64,000 nt of DNA from Ranitomeya imitator (Eukaryota). Below are positions 1 to 12,100 of this stretch, piece after piece. The notes under the pieces were generated by a model, which saw nothing but the letters and a program-made list of their open reading frames with translations, was not told the DNA's origin and did no database searches. A program made the position numbers and the translations under genes. The stretch is taken from positions 220,038,001 to 220,102,000 of the forward strand of contig NC_091288.1 of assembly GCF_032444005.1 (NCBI RefSeq), written 5' to 3'. Numbering within the stretch: position 1 is the stretch's first letter; each line of letters begins with the position of its first letter.

Positions 1-65
1 GAAAATGTATGAGATGAAGGGTGGTGGGATGGCAAGTCCCTGGATAACAGGAGTGTCTCACTCAC

Positions 66-161
66 CTTGTGCTGCTCCACCTTCTCCTGCTGCTCGTTAG
101 TCAGCTGCTCCGTCACCTTCAGGGCTTCTTCTAATGGGGCCACGATGGCCGACAGATCTGC
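66..161 (-). CDS. nf7: nf7 coding exon 5 (96-nt coiled-coil exon)
   Basis: CCCGCAG|GCAGATCTG...CACAAG|GTGAG; encodes [32 protein letters not shown]; a 96-nt phase-0 exon is typical of TRIM genes. Confidence 0.92.
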
Positions 162-3100
162 CTGCGGGTGATGTAATGCTAGTGATTAGGTAAATGTACC
201 ATCTGCAGCCATCAGATTTGGGGAGGATCTCCTCCCCACTTACCCGGTACACCCCGACAGCGTCCAGGATGGGCAGGAAGTTGTGACTGGCGTGTTTGAG
301 CGAGTCGCGGCAGATGACGCAGCTCAGTGTGCCGTCGTCCTTACAGTACAGCTTCAGCCGCTCGTCGTGCTCAGGGCAGTTCTCGGCCAGTTTGGGCTTT
401 GCAGGGGTCAGGCTGGAGGAGCTGGACCCCACTGTCTTCTTCACCAGGTTAGCCAGGGCTCGGTTGGTGGTGTACCTCTTGTCAGCAATTACTTCCTTAC
501 AGTCTGGGCAGGTGAAGGATTCCTGCCCGTCCCAGGCCTTGTCAATGCAGTTCCTGCAGAAGTTATGGCCGCACTCCACCATGACGGGATCCTTAAAGAG
601 CTCGCTGCACAGGAGGCAGGTCAGTTCTTCAGCAAAGTCGCCGGATGCCATCACCGAATTGTTTTCAGCGTTTTCCACTTTCGCTTTCTAGAAGAAGATA
701 CAACACGTGAGGGGACAATTCATGAATGCGAGACTGGATAATGTGCGTCCTCCATAGAACAGTCTCTGCAATAACCTGCAGGACTGCCCACCCAAACGTG
801 TGCTGCCAGAGGACGGTAACACATAGTGACTCCATCTTAACCGGCCGCCCCTGCGAGACGACTGCAAAATAGAAAGACATGTTTATTGGGAGCAGAAAGT
901 GTGCATTCAGGGGAAGCCGGGTACGAGGTGCTGGCCGGACGGGTGTCAGCTGGAATTGGCAGGAAATAAGAGACAAAAGAAAATAGAAACACAAAATGGA
1001 ACAGAAGTTATGCACAGTATTATGATGGTCAGACATCCACAGCAATATTCAGGACCCCACCAGAATAAGGATGGACATACACATTACATGGCGGAGGCCA
1101 AACCCTTGATCGCCTCTCCCACACACGGGGCGCCCACTCCTCTGTGCGCTATAAGCTGCCGTCATCTAATACATCAGCTGGTGGCTTATCCTCGGGAGAA
1201 CAATGCGACTGGCAGTCAGAAGTCGACATCTCCCCTATCAGTGAGCTGGCACCCCCATACACAGAGCGAGCCAACACCGGGGGGGGGGTTCAGCCATCTT
1301 TAGTCTATGTATACGGGACCCTTAGTGACCTCAGCTCGGTCACATGTGGATGTTGCTGGAGATCAGAGATGCCCGAATTGTCCGGCAATCGCTCATCTCC
1401 ACTAAGATACAAAATCAAAACAGAAAAGAATCCTCAGTAGCAGTGTGTCACCTAAGGGGGCATCACGTGGGCCCCCACAGAAATCAATGACAACCACACA
1501 GACCCCGGCGGCTGACCCCAAAGAGAGTAGATCATTGCAGCCAATGGGAAAAGCCCAAGTCTCACCCCTCTATTAACTGCGTTCACCCCCCCAGGATATG
1601 GCCGTTGGCTTTTTCGGACTCAGCTTTGATAATCGTGCCACCTCTACCGGTGTGCACAACATACGAGTATTTCAGGCATGAGGACTATGGAGACCCCCGA
1701 CATGCGACCCCCACGGACACCACCGCTCGACCTTTGTACATGTCCAGGGCTGGTGCCGTGAGCGGAGGAGGCAGCACTGTTATCTGTAGCTCCTAGGATA
1801 TGAGGAAGATTCAATTTTGGGTGAAAATGACCATTATGGTATTAAAATAAACAATATCTAATGGAAGAAATCATCGGCCGACAATACACGAGTTTCCTCA
1901 GATCTTAGGTGAAGTTGTGCAGCCGGCGGCACAATAAGGCATCGCTGCCCCGACCCCACAAAGGTTATAAGTGAAGGCAAACATCACACTATAGAAAGTC
2001 AGCGCAGCATACCACGGCGTCCCCGAGTATATAGCGCAGTACACACAGGATGAAGGCAAACATGGAGGCATCCTCCTGCTCCGACGTGAGCAGAGCCAGA
2101 CACGAGGACTTGTAATGAATGATTGTGCACAGGTGAAGTCTGCAGGGTCCCATCACAGAATTGAGTAGCCTTGTTTATGAAAAAAAATGCATCCCCCCTC
2201 CCCCCGCGTGAAACCAGAGTGTGTTTTTTTAATAATTTCTGTCAACATTTGCTTTAGGATTTAGACCCTGCTGAGCGGCGTCATTACCAGGACCATTCTC
2301 ATACTATGTGAAATAAGCCGTGTACAAATGTAGCAGAGCTGGGATTGTCATCCGATGCCGCTACAGTGGACTCATGTGTGATTTAACACCGGCTGCAGAA
2401 CAGCCCGATACATCACAGCACAGAGCCAATACCGTGACACACCAGCTCTGCTACATCTAAATTACCAGGCCGGCATTGCAGAAATGTGAGGTTTATCCGG
2501 CCGCCTCAGCACGGTCTGGGCTGGTTGGGACAGATGCACATGATAGAAAACCACAGCTTGGTTCTGGAGCTGCACCGTAGTCCCAAGTCCGGTATCACGC
2601 TCAGACGAGGGGACAATTGCAAAGTGCTCCAAAAAGCAAAAACCCTCCAGACCGGAGGGATTTATATCTCTATAGCGTACGGATCGTTGCCTAAGTTACC
2701 GGCCACCCTGCACTTTCAGAATAGGCAGTTACCTAGTCAAGGAGCGTGTGCTGCACACTGGTTCTGTCCAGCATACCCGCGGCACACCGGATCTGTCCGG
2801 CATCCACAACCCTGGGTTTTTCCAATGGCGCCTCTGCCAGCAGCCTGGAGGGAGCGCACGGTTCAGGCCTGTGGCACAAACGGTCAATCATCGGAAGTGT
2901 AGACTAAGTCCGCAAGGACAGGGTCCTCTGCACCAGTCTGTCATTGTAAATTTGTTTATAACTCTGTACGTAACCCCTTTCTCATGTACAGCACCATGGA
3001 ATTAATGATGCTATATAAATAATTAATAAAAAAAGTGAACAGCCCCCTGGCAAAGCATGATGCCGGAGAGCTGTGTGCTCCGGGAGAAAAAAAAAAAAAA

Positions 3101-6100
3101 AGATGGGATGCCCCCCTACCATACATGGGGATCAAATATAGGAGCGCCGCAGACCTGGCTGCCGAAATCCAGAGTGAAGGGGCAGGCAGCCATGGCAGGA
3201 GGATAGTGGCCATGTAGTGGGGGAAAAAAAAAATAAAAAAACTAAAAAGTGCCCCATAGTATGAATATGTAACAATCACATGATGGCTATAAAAGTTATA
3301 AAAGAAAACATTTCCTTCAGTTGGTATAACGGACTGGTTACGAGAGCCATGAGGACGGCTCCCGTCCAGTCATGGCGGTACCACAGCACAACCCATGTTA
3401 TCGGGGGTGCAGGGGAGAAGTGCCAGGAAAAATCCTACTGCAGCCCCTTCACTATATGATCGTGGGGGTCATTGCAGATTGGCACAAAATATATATATCT
3501 CCATATAAAATGTGTAAAATCCCGCCCAGGCTTAATGACCCCAGAGAAGCCATCTACACGGACAGAGTGCAGTCAGCGTCTATTCGGATGTGTGTGATTA
3601 CAGCAGAGGATGGAACCAGTTTATTGGTGGCGACATGACGCAGAGGCGCGATTACAGAGCGTCCCATTGACGTGGCGAGTGCTGCAGGTGGAGCAGGACG
3701 GAAATTTGGGGCTCGCGTTACCTTCGCTTCAGGTTCCTCGTCCTCGTTCTTCCGCTTCTGGGGCGTCTTTCCATTCTCTGCGATGTCCGGTCCGGTGCCA
3801 TTAGCCACTTCGGCCTCCTCCTTTACCGGCTTGGGAATCACCAACCGCGTTTTGTCAACCCACTCGTTTTGTCGTCGATTCACTGCGAAAGGGGAAAACC
3901 AAACTTACAACATAATTTCACAATATGACTGTGGGCGTCTGACCCAGCCTGAACTTACCGTGCGGAGCTGGTATCTGTTGCCATCACGGGCGGTTGTAGC
4001 ACCATTGCCCCTTGGAGGCTGCAACAACTGCAAATATTCGGACTGAACCATTGAGAACATAAACTCATGGTACAAGGATCTTCTGGAAACGTCCGAGAAA
4101 AGAAGCAACTCGTCAAGGGCAAGACTGAGCACAAGAAGCAACGTGCCCGAAACCGAGAGACTTCAGAGCTGGATACTTCGATTAGAGGAGGAAGACAAAA
4201 ATGGCACCAGGAGCAAGCACCCCTGACCTCAGTGCGTAGCCGGCCTGTGATTAGAAGGCTGGCGGGATCGAGGGGCTCATAGCCTGTCCTGCAGCCCACT
4301 GATGGGAAAGGCATTGCAGGTCATCCACTCTATATGACTGGATACAGCGACCCTTAATGCCAAAAGAGGAAAAAAATAAAGTGGTTGATTTTGATAATTT
4401 TCCAGACTAAAGAATCAGTAATTAGCTCAGGTCGTGAAGAACAGAAGACACGGGTATGTCCACAAGGTCAGAGGCAGAGATGAAGCCTCGGTTATCAGAG
4501 TGTACAACTTTCTGCTGGACATTCAGGTGTGAAGGATCGTGTTTAGTCATGGACGACCGCTTATTTGTGACTCCTCTTTCCATGGAAGCGCTTGGCAATA
4601 AAGCTGCCAGAAGCCGGAGACATCAAGAGATAAGGGAAAGAGCGAGCCACACGGCATGACACAAGCGGGGCAAGTGTAGCCCCGGGCCCAGTGGACTCTT
4701 CACAGAGGTTGCACTGGGCCTGGAGAGAAGGAGGAACCAGAGCGGCTCAAGAGGCCACTGAAGTTCCTCATGTTAAGGAAACCATCCACAAGCAGGACAC
4801 TGATGAGCCTCTCCGGAGCGAGGCATCGCGGATCCAGGAATACGGCGCCTTACAAGGAACGGAGACATTACCTGAATTTTCACCCCCCATCCTTCTTTAT
4901 TATAGACACCGAGCCCCCGAGGATTACTTACGACCAGCGTAATGCACGTAGAACTCCTCCCGGCCCGCCTGCTTGTTCATTCGGGTCTTCACGATTTCTG
5001 CGTCATCTGGTAGAAAATAAAAACAATGCAAAAGACTCAGATTCTGCAGAACACAGGCTGCCACATTACAAAGCCATAACTTAATTTTTCCATCAATATG
5101 GCCATGTGAGGATTATTTTTTGAGGGACGAGTTGTACTTTTGAACGACATGATTGGTTTTAACATGTCGTTTACTAGAAAACGGGAAAAATTGTTTTTAA
5201 GTGTGGTGAAATTGCAAAAAAGTGCAATCCCACACTGGTTTTTTTGTTTGGCTTTTTTTGCTAGGTTCACTAAATGCTAAAACTAACCTGATATTATGAT
5301 TCTCCAGGTCATTACGAGTTCATAAACACCAAACATGTCTAGGATATTTTTAATAATAATCATCTTTATATAGCGCCAACATTTTCCGCAGCGCTTTACA
5401 GTTTCAAACACAAAAGTCATAAGTAACAACATTAACAATAGAATAATTAAAGCGAAATAAGCCGCCCCTGCTCGTGAGAGCTTACAATCTACAATGAGGT
5501 GGGGGAGATATAAAGTACAGGTGTGTATTTACAATAATGGTCCGGCCATCTTCAGGGGGTGGGGGATAGATGGAAGTAGTGAATGGGCTACACAAACATA
5601 AAATGACTGATTATTGAACCTGATAGGCCGCTCTGAACAAATGTGTTTTGAGCGAGCGCCTAAAACTATGCAAATTGTGGATGGTCCTAATATCTTGGGG
5701 TAGAGCATTCCAGAGGATTGACGCAGCACGGGAGAAGTCTTGGAGTCGGGAGTGGGAGGTACGGATTAGTGCAGAGGTTAGTCGAAAGTCATATGCAGAG
5801 CGCAGCGGTCGGTTAGGCCGATAGACAGAAATGAGGGAGGAGATGTAAGGGGGCCGCACTGTGGAGAGCTTTGTGGGTGAGAACAAGTACTTTGAATTGT
5901 ATCCTGTAATGAATGGGCAGCCAGTGTAACGACTGGCGAAGAGCGGACGCGTCCGAGTAACGATTAGCCAGATGGACGACCCTGGCTGCCGCATTAAGGA
6001 TGGACTGGAGAGGGGAAAGTCGCGTGAGGGGGAGGCCAATTAATAGAGCGTTACAGTAGTCCAGGTGGGAGTGGATCAGGGCGTCAGTGAGGCTTTTTGT

Positions 6101-9100
6101 TTCCATGGTGAGAAAAGGGCGGATTCTAGAGATGTTCTTTAGGTGTAAGCGGCACAAGCTGGCAAAAGATTGTATATGGGCGGTGAAGGAGAGATTGGAG
6201 TCAAACATAACACCCAGACAGCGCGCCTGCTGCCGGGGTGTTATTATGGTGCCACCCACAGAGGGGGAAATGTCAGGTTTAGGGAGGTTAGTAGATGGTG
6301 GGAGCAGAAGTTCAGTTTTGGAGAGGTTGAGTTTCAGATAGAGAGCGGACATGATGTTGGAGACTGCGGACAAAGTCAGTGGTGTTCTGTAGTACAGTGG
6401 GGGTAAGCTCAGGGGATGATGTGTATAGTTGTATGTCATCAGCATAAAGATGATACTGAAAGTCAAATCTGCTGATGGTCTGTCCAATTGGGGCCGTGTG
6501 GAGAGAGAAGAGAAGGGAGCCAAGGACTGAGCCCTGAGGTACCCTGACAGTGAGAGGAAGAGGAGATGAAGTGGAGCCAGAGAACAGAACACTGAAGGAG
6601 CGGTCAAAAAGATAGGAGAACCAGGAGAGAGCAGTGTCCTTAATGCCAAGTGCCTGAAGCCTAGAGAGTAGGAGAGGGTGGTCAACAGTGTTGAAAGCTG
6701 CAGAAAGGTCAAGGAGAATGAGCAGAGTGGTCACCGTTACGTTTTGCTGTCACAAGGTCAATGGTCACTTTGATGAGTGCAGTTTCTGTCGAATGTAGGG
6801 GGCAGAAACCGGACTGTGAAGGGTCTAGGAGGGAGGGAGTGAGTGGAGAGGTAACGGGTAAGGAGGGAGTAGATCAGGCGCTCCAAGAGTTTAGAGATGA
6901 AGGGGAGATTGGGGACCGGTCTGTAGTTGTTTGTGCAGGATGGGTCGAGGGTGGGTTTCTTTAGTAATGGAGTAATGATAGTGTTTGAAGGAGGAGGGGA
7001 AAATGCCAGAGGAGAGGGCGAGATTAAAGATTGTAGTTAGGCGAGTTGTGACGACTGGAGAGACTGGAGGAGATGTGAGGGAATGGGGTCAGTGGTGCGT
7101 GTAGTCGGACGAGAACAGGAGCCTGGAGACTTCTTCTGTGATGGGATCGAATGTGGAGAGTGAGCCAGGGGAAATGCAGAGAGGAATGGGAGTCACTGAA
7201 CTTGGTGATTGGGAGCAGATTTCCTGATGGATATTGTCTATTTTCTCTATAAAGTGGGAGGCCAGGTCATCAACACAAATGTCTGTGATAGAGGCTTGTG
7301 CTTTTGGCCTGAGGAGGGAGTGAAAGGTGTCAAAAAGTTTCTTGGGGTTGTTGGATAGTGAGGAGATCAGGGTGGTGAAGTAGGTCTGTTTGGCGAGGTG
7401 AAGGGCAGAGTTATAGGTCCTTAACATAAATTTGAAGTGTATGAAGTCTTCTGGTGTGCGAGTTTTCCTCCATAAGCGTTCAGCACACCTAGAGCATCGC
7501 TGGAGAAATCGGGTTTGCGATGTGAGCCAGGGCTGTTTCACTCTGTTTGGAGGTTCTGAGGGTGAGGGGAGCTACTTGGTCCAGGGTGCTTCTAAAAGTG
7601 TCATTGTAGTGATGTAGCCCCAGATCAGGACAGGAAAAAGAAGAGATTGGGGACAATGATGAGTGTAGGGAGTCTGAAAGCGTGTGAGGGTTAATGGCTT
7701 GTAGATTTCTGACTGCATGGTAGGTAGGAGAGTGCTGGGGTGAGCGAGGATTTGAGTGTGAAGGAGAGAATGTTGTGGTCAGAGGGGAAGCGGTGAGTTA
7801 TCTAGGTAGGAGATTGAGCAGAGCTGGGCGAAAACCAGGTCCAGGGTGTTACCGTCTTTGTGTGGTTCAGAGGTTGAGAGCTGTGCGAGGCCTAGAGAAG
7901 TGGTTAGTGATAGAAGCTGGGATGCAGATGTGGAAGTGGGGCTGTTAATGGGGATGTTGAAGTCTCCCAGGATAAGGGTTGGTAGTTCCGAGGATATGAA
8001 GTGCGGCAGCCAGGCAGAGAAATGGTCCAGGAAGTGGGTGGGTGAGCCTGGGGGCCGGTATATGACCGCTACCCTGAGGGAGAGGAGAGGGGGATTTTTT
8101 ATTTAAGTGGTGAAAAAAGTTTACAAACTGCTTAAAAAAAAGAAAAAAAGTGCAATTTATCGAGACCCGTAGCGACTCAATTTTTTGTGATCTGGGGCTG
8201 GGTGAGGGCTTATTTTTTGCGTGCTGAGCTGACGTTTTTAAAGGAAATCTGTCACCTTATTTTTGGCCTATAAGCTAAGGCCACCAGCATCAGGGGCTTA
8301 TCTACAACATTACAAAATGCTGTAAATATGCCCCCAATGGCGGTGGCCTTAGCTTATAGGCCAAAAATGGGGCGACATTTCCTTTAGGCTGTGTGCACAC
8401 GTTGCATTTTTTACGCATAAGAAACGCATACATTATGCATCCTATCATTTAGAATGCATTCCGCTATTTTTGTGCCCATGGTGCGTTTTTTTCTGCGAAA
8501 AAAAAAAAAACACATTGCGGTAAAAACGCAGCGTGTTCATTAATTTTGCGATTTTTTTTGCGGATTTCTCACTATATCATTGCATTGGGAATCTCTGAAA
8601 AAAAAAAAAACGCAAAAAAATCCGAAGTAAAAAAAAAAAACACGCAAAAACCGCATGTGTATTTGTTGCAGAAAATGTCCGGTTTTGCTCAGGAAGTTTC
8701 TGCAAGTAATCCTGAACGTGTGCACATAGCCTTAAAGGGAACCTGTCACCCCGTTTTTTGAGATTGAGCTATAAATACTGTTAAATAGGGCCTGCGCTGT
8801 GTGTTCCTATAGTGTATGTAGTGTACCCCGATTCCCCACCTATGCTGAGAAATAACTTACCAAAGTCGCCGTTTTCGCCTGTCAATCAGGCTGGTCAGGT
8901 CGGGAGGGCGTGGTGACATCGCTGGTTCTTCCTCAGCTTTACGTTGGTGGCGTAGTGGTGAACAAGCAGCGCGCGATCTGCGCTGTCATCCCTTTCGTCG
9001 GTGGGGGCGGCAATCTTCCTGGGGCGGCGCGTGCGCAGATCGAGTGCTCTGCTGCACGGGGCTTCTGAAAATGGCCGCGGGATGCCGCGCGTGCGCATTA

Positions 9101-12100
9101 GAGATCGCGGCGGCCATTTTCCCAAAGCAGAGTTTGCATCTCGGCTTTGGGAAAATGGCCGCCGTGATCTCTAATGCGCACGCGCGGCATCCCGCGGCCA
9201 TTTTCCTGAAGCCCCGTGCAGCAGAGCACTCGATCTGCGCACGCGCGGGCCCCAGGAAGATGGCCGCCCCCACCGACGAAAGGGATGACAGCACAGATCG
9301 CGCGCTGCTTGTTCACCACTACGCCACCAACGTAAAGCTGAGGAAGAACCAGCGATGTCACCACGCCCTCCCGACCTGACCAGCCTGATTTGACAGGCGA
9401 AAACGGCGACTTTGGCAAGTTATTTCTCAGCATAGGTGGGGAATCGGGGTACACTACATACACTATAGGAACACACAGCGCAGGCCCTATTTAACAGTAT
9501 TTATAGCTCAATCTCAAAAAACGGTGTGACAGGTTCCCTTTAATGATACCATTTTGGTGCAGATATGATCTTTTGATTGCCCGTTATGCATTGTAATGCA
9601 ATGTTGCGGCAACCAAAAAAAAAAAAAAAACCGTAACTGGCGTTTTGACTTTATCGCTACTCCATTTAGCGATCAGGTTAATCATTTTTATTGATAGATC
9701 GGGCGATTCTGAATGTGGAGATACCAAATATGAGGTTTGATTTTTTTCATTGTTTTATTTTGAATGGGGCAAAAAGGGTAATTTTATATATTTTTTTCAT
9801 ACTTTTAAAAACTTTTTTTTTTTTTACTTTTGCCATGCTTCAATAGTCTCCATAGGAGGCTAGAAGCTGCCACAACTTGATCGGCTCTGCTACATAGACG
9901 TGATGCTCAGATCGCCTCTATGTAGCCGAATTGCTATGAGCGTGGACAACAGGGTGGTGCTCACAGCAATCCAGAATCAACAACCATAGAGGTCTCCAGG
10001 ATACCACTGGTTCTCAAGCCAAAGCACCGATGCCATGACCCCTGATCATGTGGCGGGGTCACCGCTGCACGCGTTTCCAGATCGGAAGGGAGATTTAAAT
10101 GCCGCTGTCAGAGTTCCTCAGGGTTCAGTTCTAGGCCCCCCTCTTACTGTTGGGTTCCTCAGGGTTCCGTTCTAGGCCCCCCTCCTCATACTGTCGGGTT
10201 CCTCAGGGTTCAGTTCTAGGCCCCCTCCACATACTGTCAGGTTTTTCAGGGTTTAGTTCTAGGCCCCCTCATACTGTCAGGTTCCTCACGGTTCAGTTCT
10301 AGGCCCCCTCCTCCTACAGTCAGGGTTCCTCAGAGCGCAGTCTACACCGCCCCTGCTGGACAAGCTGTCAGTAGACTTGGCTTTCAGTACCATCTCTACT
10401 CAATGCCGGTGACACTCATTTATACTCATCGTCTCCCACATTACTACAAAATACCAGTGTCTCCATCATGACCTCCCTCCCTTTGTCTGAAACTGAATCT
10501 CTAAACTGATCTTGTATTTCCTCCCTATACCTGACTTTGCCATTTCCATGGGTGGTTCTACCAAAACTCCCCAGCAGAACACACTCAACCTTGGGGTTAT
10601 TTCTGACTCAGATCTTCACTTCACTCTATATATCAGATCACTCGCTCATGTCGCCTACACCTCAAAAACATCGCCAAAATCTGAGTTTTTCTCATCTTTG
10701 ACTCTGCAACAGCATAGTGTCGCTCTTCTTCATTCTCACCTGGACTTCTGCAACTCTCTGATCGGTCTTCTTCCTACTAAACTCACTTCTCTACAATCTG
10801 TCCACAATGTGGCAGTCATGCCACTACACCGATGCTTCCACCTTGTGCCAATCAATGCACTGGATACCCATCCGCTACAAAGTCCAATATAAACTTGTCC
10901 TTCACCCACAAAGCTCTCCACAGTTCTCTGCCATCCTACATCTCCAATCTGTCTACCACCCCACCCGTCCTCTCCACAGTGCTGCACCACCCTACATCTC
11001 ATCTGTCTACTACCCTACCTGTCCACTCCACAGTGCTGCATGACCCTACATCATCTCCTCATCTATCCTACACTCAACCAGTCCTCTCCAGTGAATCATC
11101 GCCCTACATCTCATCTCTGTCTGCCATTCTACCAGTCCTCCCCACAGTGCTGTACCACCCTACATCTCTTCCTCATCTGTCCTACACTCAACCCATCCTT
11201 TCCAGTGATGCATCGTCCAACATCTCATCTCTGTACCACCCTACCCGTCCTCTCCACAGTGCTGCACCATCCTACATCTCATGTATGTGTCTACCACCTA
11301 CCCGTCCTCTCCAGTGCTGCACAATCCTACATCTGCTCCTCATCTGTCTACTACCCTACCGTCCTCGCCAGAGTGCTGCACCACCTTACATCTCCTCCTC
11401 TCTACCACGCTACCCGTCCTCTCCACAGTGCTGCAGGGGGTATACAAGGTATATAGGGATCAAACATAACGCTCCCGGTAGGAACCGTCATGTATATATA
11501 GCATATAGAGGTATATAGGGATCGGGCCTATCACTCACTGTAGGAGCCGTCCTGTATACACGGTATATAGGGCGATACACGGTATATAGGGGTCGGGCCT
11601 ATCACTCACGGTAGGAGCAGTCCTGTATATATGTAATATATAGGGGGATACACGGTATATAGGGGGATGCACGGTATACAGGGGTCGGGCCTATCACTCA
11701 CGGTAGGAGCCGTCCTGTATATATGTAATATATAGGTGGATACACGGTCTATAGGGGGATGCACGGTATACAGGGGTCGGGCCTATCACTCACAATAGGA
11801 GCCGTCCTGTATATATAGGGCGATACACGGCATATAGGGCGATACACGGCATATAGGGCGATACACGGCATACAGGGCGATACACGGCATACAGGGCGAT
11901 ACACGGCATACAGGGCGATACACGGCATACAGGGCGATACACGGCATACAGGGCGATACACGGCATACAGGGCGATACACGGCATACAGGGCGATACACG
12001 GCATACAGGGCGATACACGGCATACAGGGCGATACACGGCATACAGGGCGATACACGGCATACAGGGCGATACACGGCATACAGGGCGATACACGGCATA

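Noticed and set aside
3955-4945. Purine-rich short ORFs in nf7 introns (4067-4282, 4691-4942)
   Set aside because: No recognisable domain or splice context; possibly decayed TE or pseudogene sequence, but I cannot support a call.
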